A stretch of 63,893 nt of DNA, filler included, from Chrysochromulina tobinii (taxonomy: Eukaryota): assembly GCA_001275005.1 (NCBI GenBank). It is 6 parts of 6 records of this genome, joined end to end, with 100 filler letters (N's around TTAATTAATTAA, not from the genome) between each part and the next. Parts side by side here need not be neighbours in the genome. Positions count along the whole stretch, not along the records: positions 1 to 16,079 come from JWZX01000238.1; 5 more parts are not named here. One strand, given 5' to 3'. Of this stretch, positions 1 to 9,100 are shown in pieces; the first letter of the stretch is position 1; each line of letters opens with the position of its first letter. The notes under the pieces were generated by a model. That model was not told the DNA's origin and made no database searches. It saw nothing but the letters and a program-made list of their open reading frames with translations. The position numbers and the translations under genes were made by a program.

Positions 1-2495
1 CCTGCCGCGGCCGCCTCCGCCGCGGCCGCCTCCGCTGCCGCAGCCTCCGCCGCGGCCGCCTCCGCTTCCGCCGCTTCCGCCGCTTCCGCCGCGGCCGCTT
101 CCGCCGCGGCCGCTTCCGCCACGTCCGCCTCCGCCGCGGCCGCCTCCGCTGCCACCGCCTCCGCCGCAGCCGCCTCCACCGCCTCCGCCGCGGCTGCCTC
201 CGCCGCGGCTGCCTCCGCCGCGGCTGCCTCCGCCGCCGCCACCTCCTCTGCCACGACTGCCGCTGCCACTGCCGCAGCCGCTGGCGCCTCAGCAGCAGCC
301 GCTGGCGCCTCAGCAGCAGCCGCTGGCGCCTCGGCAGCAGCCGTAGGTGCCTCCGCCGCAGCCGCTGGTGCCTCGGCCGGAGCCGAAGGGGCCTCGGCAG
401 CAGCCGTAGACGCTGGTCCTTCGGCCGGAGCCGCTGGTCCTTCGGCCGGAACCGCTGGCGCCTCGGCCGGTGCCGTAGGTGCCTCGGCTGCCGCCGCCTC
501 CGCCGCGGCCGCCTCCGCTGCCGCCGCTTCCGCTGCCGCCGCCTCCGCTGCCGCCGCCTCGGCCGTGGCCCCCTCGGCCGCCGCCGCCGCCACAGTTGCC
601 GGTGCCTCAGTCGGTGCCTCAGCTAGCGCAGCCACTTCTGCCTGGTCCACGGTGATCCTCACGCCACCCACTTCCGGAGCTTCAGGCTTCGTCACCTCGG
701 CTTCGTCACAAGGCTTCGTCACATCCACTTCCGGAGCTTCAGGCTTCGTCACCTCGGCTTCGTCACAAGGCTTCGTCACATCCACTTCCGGAGCTGCAGG
801 CTTCGGCGTGGCCCCGGGCGTATCCGCGACCTCCGCAGCCGTCGCCGCCGTTGCCTCCGCCACTGCTGCTGCTGCCTCCGCTGCCGCCGCCTCCGCTGCC
901 GCCGCCTCCGCTGCCGCCGCCTCCGCTGCCGCCGCCTCCGCTGCCGCCGCCTCCGCTGCCGCCGCCTCCGCAGCCGCCGCCTCCGCAGCCGCCGCCTCCG
1001 CAGCCGCCGCCTCCGCTGCCGCCGACTCCGCTGCCGCCGCAACCGTTGCCGCCTCCGCTTCTGCCGCCTTCGCTGCTGCCTCCGCTGCCGCCGCCTCCGG
1101 CTTCGCAGCCGCTACGACCAGCCGCTCCTCCCTCAAAGCCGCGACCGCCGCCTCCGCCGCCGCCTCCGCCTCCGCCGCCGCCGCCACCGCCGCCGCCACC
1201 TCCGCCTTCGCCGCCTCAACCGTCCTCGCCGCTTCCGCATCGGCCGCATCCGCCAATTCCGCCGCCGCCTTGAGCTCCGCCTTGAGCTTCGCCAATTCCT
1301 CATCCTTCGCCTCGAGCTTCGAAGCCATCGCCGCGATCTCGTCATTCTTGCTCTTGAGCTCTTTGTCCTTTTCCACTTCCATTGCAGAGCTGCTCGCCAC
1401 GGCCTGTACTTCAAGCTCCGTCACCTTCGCTTTCGCCGTCGCGGCCGTTGCCATCGCCTCCTCCAGTGCTGTGCGGAGCTCGGCAACCTCAGCCACCACC
1501 TTTGCATGGTCCGCCAGATGCGCTGCGAGATCTGCCTGGGCCTCTGCGATCTCTTTGGCCGCCGCCTCCGACGCCTGCTCCATCTGGCGCTTGGCCAGCT
1601 GCGTGGAGCTCAGCTCGAGCTGCAACCTCGCCGCCTCGGCCTCGAGCGCTGCCTTGAGCGCGGCCACCTGGCCCTTATGCGCCTCTGCCTCGGCCTCGTG
1701 TGAGATGGCGCGCTCCTCGAGGGCTGCTTTGAGCGCTGCGATTTGGCCCTTGTGCGCCACTGCCTCGGCCTCGAGCGCTCTCGAGCGCGCCTCAATTCTC
1801 TCGACCTCCGCCGTCCTCGCATTCTCTATCTGCTCACCCAGCTTGCGCTTGAAACCCTTGGCCTCATTCCGCACACCCTCAAGCTCCTCGTCGGTAGCCT
1901 GGCGCACGGCACGCAGCTCCTGCTGCGTGGCGCCCAGGGCTGTTTCGAGCTCTTGCTGTTGCGAGAGGAGCTGCTGCCGCGTCGCGTGCGCTGCCGCCCG
2001 CTCCGATTCCAGCTGCAGCCGCTGCGTGCGCAACTCCTGCCGCACGCTCTCGGCGTCCGTGAGGCCGGAGGAGCGCTCGGTTCGGAGGCTCTCGAGCTGC
2101 TGCCGCGCCGCGCGGCCCTCCTCGAGGGCATCCTCGAGGCCCTGCTTCGCCATGCGGGCAGCGCGCACCTCCCGTTCCTCGACCTCGCGAAGCTTGGCTT
2201 CGGCCTCGGCGGTGCGCGCGCTGTACTCGATCAGCTGGGCCTGCGCTTGCTGCACCTCCTCGGTGCGATTGACCAGCTGAGCTGTCACCTGCTCAAGCAT
2301 ATGCAGGACCGGCTCGAAGAGCGTTTGGCCACCCACCTTCGCTATGGGGTCGTCATCCTCCAGGAACTCCCTTTCAGCCCATGCGTTGCTAGCGACAGTG
2401 GGGCTTCTGTAGCTGAACTCGACGTGCGAGTCAGACTGGGTTAGCCTGGGTCGGCCTTGCCCTTCGACGGTCAAGCGCCGACTCGTATCCGACAT
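1..2495 (-). CDS. Long coiled-coil protein with Ala/Glu-rich (EAAAA)n C-terminal region; 3'-partial (runs off window start)
   Basis: The minus frame is open from about 2435 to the window edge (...LHMLEQVTAQLVNRTEEVQQAQAQLIEYSARTAEAEAKLRE...) and is heptad-like and E/A/K/R-rich. It is absent from the ORF track because its stop lies outside the window; + ORF 565..2280 is its antisense shadow. The start at ATG 2495 assumes a tentative 25-nt intron at 2436-2460. Confidence 0.7.
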   Translation of the reverse strand, partial: MSDTSRRLTVEGQGRPRLTQSDSHVEFSYRSPTVASNAWAEREFLEDDDPIAKVGGQTLFEPVLHMLEQVTAQLVNRTEEVQQAQAQLIEYSARTAEAEAKLREVEEREVRAARMAKQGLEDALEEGRAARQQLESLRTERSSGLTDAESVRQELRTQRLQLESERAAAHATRQQLLSQQQELETALGATQQELRAVRQATDEELEGVRNEAKGFKRKLGEQIENARTAEVERIEARSRALEAEAVAHKGQIAALKAALEERAISHEAEAEAHKGQVAALKAALEAEAARLQLELSSTQLAKRQMEQASEAAAKEIAEAQADLAAHLADHAKVVAEVAELRTALEEAMATAATAKAKVTELEVQAVASSSAMEVEKDKELKSKNDEIAAMASKLEAKDEELAKLKAELKAAAELADAADAEAARTVEAAKAEVAAAVAAAAEAEAAAEAAVAALREERLVVAAAKPEAAAAEAAAKAAEAEAATVAAAAESAAAEAAAAEAAAAEAAAAEAAAAEAAAAEAAAAEAAAAEAAAAEAAAAEAAAAVAEATAATAAEVADTPGATPKPAAPEVDVTKPCDEAEVTKPEAPEVDVTKPCDEAEVTKPEAPEVGGVRITVDQAEVAALAEAPTEAPATVAAAAAEGATAEAAAAEAAAAEAAAAEAAAAEAAAAEAPTAPAEAPAVPAEGPAAPAEGPASTAAAEAPSAPAEAPAAAAEAPTAAAEAPAAAAEAPAAAAEAPAAAAVAAAVVAEEVAAAEAAAAEAAAAEAAAAEAVEAAAAEAVAAEAAAAEADVAEAAAAEAAAAEAAEAAEAEAAAAEAAAAEAAAAEAAAA
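670..795. repeat. 57-nt coding tandem repeat (~2.2 copies)
   Basis: acttccggagcttcaggcttcgtcacctcggcttcgtcacaaggcttcgtcacatcc occurs at 670 and 727 and partially at 784; it encodes DVTKPCDEAEVTKPEAPEV on the minus strand. Confidence 0.85.
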
Positions 2496-3057
2496 CCATC
2501 CTCCGCCGGGCGTCCGAGGCGGCCCCGGGAGCGAAGATGCCGAGCCGTGTCGTTGCAGAATTTGTTTCTGATATGACGTAGGTTGAAAGCCATCTGATGC
2601 GTTTCGCCGCATCTGAAGCAGGCTTCGACCGCGCCAGGACTCTGGACGATTGTGTGGGGCTTGCTCTCACAGGTTGTTGGCGAAGAGGAGCCTATACAGT
2701 AGGTCGTGGAGCAACGCAGAAACGCACGGAGACGAAACGCGTCGTCATGGGCGAGTCAAGTTTCAGTCAGATGGTAGAGGTACTGTGCGGGGCTCTTGGA
2801 AGCCGGCGGCCCAGTAACTCGTTCTGCTTAAATAGGTGCCGTTAAAAGCGAATACGTCGTGAACCGGACAGCGCAGTGCACAGCGTTCAGCGGGCGCGTG
2901 TCGTAACGCGTGTCTCGCTCGAACTTGCCTGTGAAGCAACCGCGGGGCAGCTCGCGATGGCTATGCGGGAATCGGGCAATCGCCAAGGCGTTGATCGCAA
3001 TTGATCTCCACGTCTCCTATCTCCGCTCGACGATCGGCTGACTATACTTACGGACTC

Positions 3058-5553
3058 TCAAACCACGCCATGCGTCCACACAAACATGTCGACGGGCGGG
3101 TTGGGTGGGACGGGCGGCCCGTGCGCGACCAGAGGCACAGGTGGCCATGGCCCCTTGGCTGCATCGGCGGCGGGACGCACCGCGCAGTGCTGCTCACGCA
3201 GGACGAGCCGATTCCTCAGATGTGCCACGAACCCGTCGGGGGCATCTAGGCCGCGAAGGCGTCCCTCGAGCTTCGTGAACACTTTGGCTCGCTGGTCGTC
3301 TGGGGGGGCGCCGACCCGCGACTTGGTGAGCGCATCGGGCGGAAGCAGCTGCAACTGCAACTCGCGCTTGAAGAGGCCCGAGTACGTGAAGCGCTCCCAA
3401 ATCTTGGCCATCTCCGCCTGCATGGCCTGGATGGTGGCGGGGGGGATCGCTTGGAGAATCTTGACGATGCGCGGCAGGTCGGCGCGGGGTATGCGTACGC
3501 TGAAGGCGCTCATGTTGAGGACTCCCTCGAGCTGCACGTGGATGTCAGGCATGATGATCACCGGGATGCATCCATGGATGACGGGCTCCTCAATGTGGCC
3601 CCACCCATTGCCCGGCAGCACCACGCAAAAGATCGAGCGCTGGAGGTCGGCGATATAGTCGCGCGAATGGCCGCCCACCAGCAAGCAGCCGTCCTTGTCG
3701 CCGCCCGGTGGGCACGCGTTCTTGAAGTTCTTCATGTGTCCCGGGTCGGCGCACTTGCACTGGTCGGGATGGCCATTGACGTAACTGTACAGCTGCTGAC
3801 GAAGTCCAAACGAATACGCCGGCTGGTTGACGTGCGCGTTGCCTCGGAAGTTGAGCAGCACATTCCGCGGGGTGAGCTTGCCCGTGAGGTAGGGAGAAGC
3901 CTGCACGAAGCCTCTCGACTTGAAGATGGGAAGGAGCACGTCCTTTCCCGGCTCGAAGCAGCGCTCGTGACCGTACATCTGCTCCTTGTATGGACTCACG
4001 TGCCAGCCGTGCCCGGCCGAGGTGCTTGTATGGTTCGGAGGGTGGCGAGTGAGCCGGCCCCAGTGCGAGACGAAGATCGCGGCCGTAATCTCCTTCGGCG
4101 CCAAGCAAGCGCCCTCGTCGTGCGGGAACGTGAAGATATGGTCGGCGCCCCCCGAGCGATCCCAGTAGGGGTACGTCGTACGAATGTGCTCAAAGGCCTT
4201 CCGATACACCCCCGAGGCGCGCGCTGCCCGAGGAAGCCGCACCTCCGGGTCTTCGTGTATCATCGAGCCAAGGTCGTGATGACGCGGCGTGGGCCGCGAG
4301 AAGCGCGACATCCAGCAGCCTCCCCAGACTGGCACGAAGAAAAAGTCCGCAGTCTCCGGGTCGAGCACGCGGTGCGCCGAGTGCAGCAGGCGCTCATAGA
4401 GTGCCACTTCCATCCCGAAGGCGTGCTGCTTCCAGTCCGTCGAATTCGTCTGCGTGTAGCTGCGCAGCGCACAGTCCTCATCGCGATACTTCTCAGTCCA
4501 CAAGCGCAAGTTGAACTCGATCGGCAACTCATAGATGTAGATGGCTGGGTAGGGCGTGTTTGGAGGTTTCGCACGGCCACAGGCGCTTCCGCCACTCGGA
4601 GCGGCCAGCGCGAGCGTGCCAGCGTGACCCGGTTCGAGGAGCGTAATTCGGCCGTTGCGGATGGAGCAGTCGACGCCATACCAACCAGGGTCACATCGGC
4701 AGAAGCCAAAAGAGCAAGTACCACGACCGTTGCACTGGTTGAGGCACGCGTGGAGCACCACGTGCTGGCACAGATGCCCCGTGGTGCCTTCTTGGCAGCG
4801 GCATGTGATACTCGGCGCCTCGCCAACCTCGGCGTCGCACCAAGCCACGTGGCCGGGCCTCCGCTGCCGAGCTGGATCAGACCACGCCTTGTGTCCACGC
4901 AGGTACGCGGGCGCGTCGGTCACGGACGACCAGAAGGCGGTGGGGCTTTCGACGACGGTTTCGTAGTCCCAGCCGGGGCCGTCCCAGCGCATGTACGGGT
5001 TGATGTCGCGGAAGACGCATTTGGCCATGCTGCGCCGTGGGAACTTGCCTCCGCCGCAGTAGCAGCGTGACTCGTCCAGGTCGCACTGGCCACTGCACCG
5101 GCCGACGAGCTGCTCTCCGTGCGGCAGGTTGCACGGGAACGGGTCTGGGCGCTCGCACCCGGGCCCATCACGCCCCATCGGACACAAGCACCTGCCTGTG
5201 TCCTCGTTGCACACGCCGCGGCCGGAGCAGTTGAGAGGGCACAACCGAGGGCCCCACGATGGCGATGGTGGCAGCGGCGTCGGCGACAGCGCCGTCGGCG
5301 GCTCGGAGGCCGTCGGGTCGTCATCCACACGCTCCGAGCGCCGTCGGCGGCGCTTGCCGTGGCGGTGCTTCGGCGCGCGCCCGCGAGGGTGCGGCTGCGC
5401 ATCTCCAGCGGGTGCGAGGGTGCGCCTCTCCAGCAGTAACACAGGTTTCGTAGAATGCTGTGCGTGATCATCCGTGAGCCACTGCAGCGCGGTGGCAAGA
5501 AAGAGGCCGAGCACGAGGCCGACGAACACCGAGGCACGCGTGCTCCAACCCAT
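3058..5553 (-). CDS. Exostosin-family (GT47) glycosyltransferase with N-terminal signal anchor and EGF-like repeats
   Basis: N-terminal TM (VFVGLVLGLFLATAL); EGF-like CPLNCSGRGVC...C.CP.G..G..C and CLNQCNGRGTC..G.C.C..GW.G.DC; GT47 motifs IYIYELP, RVLDPETADFFFVP, PYWDRSGGADHIF..HDEGAC, SIFC...PGNGW, GCIPVII. Likely start MGWSTR at 5553. Confidence 0.9.
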   Translation of the reverse strand: MGWSTRASVFVGLVLGLFLATALQWLTDDHAQHSTKPVLLLERRTLAPAGDAQPHPRGRAPKHRHGKRRRRRSERVDDDPTASEPPTALSPTPLPPSPSWGPRLCPLNCSGRGVCNEDTGRCLCPMGRDGPGCERPDPFPCNLPHGEQLVGRCSGQCDLDESRCYCGGGKFPRRSMAKCVFRDINPYMRWDGPGWDYETVVESPTAFWSSVTDAPAYLRGHKAWSDPARQRRPGHVAWCDAEVGEAPSITCRCQEGTTGHLCQHVVLHACLNQCNGRGTCSFGFCRCDPGWYGVDCSIRNGRITLLEPGHAGTLALAAPSGGSACGRAKPPNTPYPAIYIYELPIEFNLRLWTEKYRDEDCALRSYTQTNSTDWKQHAFGMEVALYERLLHSAHRVLDPETADFFFVPVWGGCWMSRFSRPTPRHHDLGSMIHEDPEVRLPRAARASGVYRKAFEHIRTTYPYWDRSGGADHIFTFPHDEGACLAPKEITAAIFVSHWGRLTRHPPNHTSTSAGHGWHVSPYKEQMYGHERCFEPGKDVLLPIFKSRGFVQASPYLTGKLTPRNVLLNFRGNAHVNQPAYSFGLRQQLYSYVNGHPDQCKCADPGHMKNFKNACPPGGDKDGCLLVGGHSRDYIADLQRSIFCVVLPGNGWGHIEEPVIHGCIPVIIMPDIHVQLEGVLNMSAFSVRIPRADLPRIVKILQAIPPATIQAMQAEMAKIWERFTYSGLFKRELQLQLLPPDALTKSRVGAPPDDQRAKVFTKLEGRLRGLDAPDGFVAHLRNRLVLREQHCAVRPAADAAKGPWPPVPLVAHGPPVPPNPPVDMFVWTHGVV

Positions 5554-6116
5554 TCCAATGGTTCGTCGGGAGCGCGCTCGCGCCACACACCAGTGTGTGC
5601 TGGGGAGCAACACCTAGAACAAACACAGGTGTGAATGTGAATGTTTGTTTACGTACCGTTCAAAACACCAATGGGAGCCGGGACACACGGGACAGAGTAC
5701 TTTGTACCGTTAACTCGGACGCCTCTTGTCGCGTACTGTCGCCTACTCGGAACTCGCAAGCTCGCGGAATCAAACCGGAATGTACGTCTATCCGGTGGTC
5801 TGGCTTGCATCAGGCTTGCAGAAGTATCGAGCAGAAGTAGGTGTTGAGGAGGGGCGTGGGGCCACGTCCGAGACCGACCATTGCGCACGATAGGCGTTCC
5901 CCACTCCGCTCTTACATGTCTGGCCCCAGGCCGCGCCATGGGGGCCAATAAGGTCCGCATGCAATGTGCACCTGAACGCCCACTCCGCGCACTGGCACCC
6001 ACAATTGTAACTCAAGATTCCGCATACTAACTCAAGATACCCAGCAACAAGGCTCCACATCCCACATGATGATAATCCCCGCGCCCGCAGACGGCTTCAT
6101 GGCTATCGCGTGCATA

Positions 6117-9100
6117 TCAGAATCGTCGGAAATCGCCTTGTTCAAGCGGTTTCGTCGCCGGGGCTACGGAAGGGAGAACGGTTCGCCACTTTGACTCATC
6201 CAGGCGAACGGTTCGCCACTTTGACTCATCCACGACGCGCTTCCAGTACTCGTCGCCATCCCTAGCGTTCTGCTCTAGCTGCTCGAGGCGGTCACTGTCC
6301 TGAGTCATTTGTTCATTATTGTAGAGCTTGAAAAACTCGAGCTTCGGCCACTGCTTCTCAAGAAGCTGCTTCTCGAGAAGCCACGCCGGAGGCACCGTGC
6401 CGGTCAATCGGTTGTTGGTCAAATCCACATTTTCGAGCGCCCGGCAGTTTGCGAGCGTGTCCGGAATCGCACCGCTCAGCTGATTGTGGTTCAGGAACAA
6501 ATCCTTAAGCTTCGTCAGGCCCGCTTCCTTGTGCAACCGAGTGAGCTCCTCAAGCCGTGCCTCATCCTTTTTGCCCATCTTGGAGCCGCTTTTCTTGGCC
6601 TCTTCTTTCCGTTTCGCGAGCTCATTCATCTCCTCCTTCTCCATGGCCGACAGGCCACCGAACATCGATGGGATGCAGCCCGTCAGCTTGTTGTTGTCGA
6701 GACAAAGGCGCTCTAGATTTTTGAGCTCGCCGAGCTCTGCAGGCAGCTCGCCAGTGAGCTCGCAGAAGTTGAGGCTCAAAGTTTTGAGCTTCGTCATGAG
6801 CTTGAAGGCCCTCGGGATCGGACCTTTGAGGCTATTATAGCCCAGATGTAGGGTGTCCATGTCTGCACAGGTCGCGAGCTTCTCCGGGAGCGTGCCGTGA
6901 AGTCCACGGCCCTTGAGGTCGAGCCTACGCAGCCGGCGGCAATGGAGCTGCTGGTCCCGCTTGTCGATGAGCAGGTCGTGCAGCGAGCAATTGAAGTCAT
7001 TCAACTTTGACTGCCGCAACGAATCCTCAGTGACAGGAGGCCAATGTTTTTTTCTTGTCCCCTTCCACGCAGCCTGCCACGCAGCCGAAAAGCCTGCCAG
7101 CGAAAGCTCAAGTAGAGGGCACTCGTCCTTCTGCAGCAGCTCTTGTAGCTTCTCCTGATGCCCATCGAGCGTTGCGTAGGGGCACTTGAGGCAGAGCACA
7201 ATGCCCCTACCCGCGCGACAAAGTGCTTGCTCGGTGAGCTGGCCCTGATGCTCAACCGTCTCCGGCTCGAGCGCACCGAGGATGCGCGCTCCCTTGTAAA
7301 GCACGTGAAGATCGTGCTTGAGATCAAAGAGTGGCTTGACGTGCAGCTGCAGCTCGGCGAGGATCCAGCCCGAGTCCTCAAGGTTGAGCCAAAGGTTGAG
7401 AAGGACGTCGCGGTTACCTCCGGCTTTAATTGCGTCGTAGTCGGGCTTGATGCGATCCTTGGCGCGGCAGACAATTGCGCGAGACAAGTGGGGCGATACC
7501 CCCTGATAGCCCTTGTGCTGGTCGTTGCCGGTCCAATGTCGCAGCTTGCCGTCGTCTCCGCTGGTGAGGAATCTCATGGCGACGGCCAACGCGTGCAAGG
7601 ACGGAAAGACAAGGGTGCAACGCACGAGATCGCAAAGCTTCCGGTAGTTGCCGGCATATTCTTCAGCAACCTTGGCGCAGCAGCGCGGCACGCCCTTGAT
7701 TGAAGGGCCCTTGTGTGTCACCTTGCCCTTCGCATCTGGGCACGTTTCCTCAACATGCGTCTGGACCGCCGTCATAACCTTCTCAAGCACTGGAACGGCT
7801 TTCTTCGCCTTGTGGATCAACGCCAGTAGAGTGTTGAGAGCATCGTCGGCGCCGGCGCCACTGGGTTGCACCATTTCCACATTGAGCTTGTTCACCTCTT
7901 CGCAGCGCACCTTCATGTACTCGAGTGCGTCTTTCTTGATTGCCGGTGCATCCTCCTTGTTGCGCTGCTTCTCGTCTTTGAGCAGCTTTGCGTACGCTGC
8001 GTCGAAACGGAAGACCGACTGGCTTAGGAGCGGGTTGTACTGCGAGATCGCGTTGTCACGCCGGTCAGGGTATCTCTTCTCCAACTTCTCCAAGTCCTTC
8101 GCCTTCTCCGAAATTTTCTTCTCGAGCTTTGTGATTTCCTTGTTGTGATTAGCAAGGTCTTGCTCGCGCATCAACTCTGTACCCATTTCCTTCATCTCCT
8201 TGAGCTGATGTGCGAGTTCATCGATGGTGGTCCTCATCCGAGTCTGCGCGTTGAGCATGGCCGAGCATTCCTCCACGCACAATGCCACAGGCACAACGGA
8301 CTTGCTCAGGTTGGACGAATCGAAGTGTTTGAGCAGCGCGTCAGCATCCAGAGGGTCGGGTTCCACTTCCTGCTGCTGCTCTTGCACCTTCGGCGGTTGA
8401 AATTCACCGTCTCGTGAGGAGTCGTCGGATCCTTTGACCGAGTGCAAGGCAACCCTCAGAGCCTCGTCTTGAACCGAATGGTCGAAGAGGAACATCTCGT
8501 CATCTTCCCGGAGCTCCTTTTCGAATCTATCGTGGTGCGATCGGTCCACTTGACCCGGCAGGACCTGCCCATTCGCCGCGCACGGGAACATGTTGTCAAA
8601 CTCTTTGCGTACGAAGTCCACGTTGACATCCCGCCCTGTGGTGAGCGCGCGCAAGCGGCCTCGGCTGTACACCATCTCCCAGGGCGCAAAGCAGCCGCAG
8701 ACAAAGACCTGGTAGTTGTGGTTCGTGCGCGCGCGACTCATCAGTTCTCTCAGGAACTTATCTGGCTCTTTGCCCATTGTGTCGTAGACGACATGGTAGC
8801 CAGCGACGAACGCACGGTCAACAAAGGCGTCCGTCATCTCCTTCTTTTTGTGCGGCCAGAGCATCTTCTGTCGCACGAGGAACTGCGAGCGCATGGTGGC
8901 GCTCGAGAGCGCGAGGTAGTGACCGTCGACAGTGAACCCGTCCTCTTGGAACTGGCCGTCGGGCGAAATCCACTTGGTAGGCTTCAGCCGGTCGCCATAC
9001 TCCTCCTGCACCGACGGCAACTTCGCTGCGTGAGCCCCGGAGATGCACAGGCGGTACTCGCGGCAGTACATTCGACACTCATCGGGGTCGAGGTGTACAA

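Noticed and set aside
565..2280. 571-aa Ala/Ser-rich plus-strand ORF and many similar long overlapping ORFs (e.g. 3451..5070, 38176..39675, 41857..42840, 56594..57808, 62123..63304)
   Set aside because: These are antisense or alternate-frame shadows of real genes. High GC3 suppresses stops, and their translations lack motifs while the opposite frame has clear ones.
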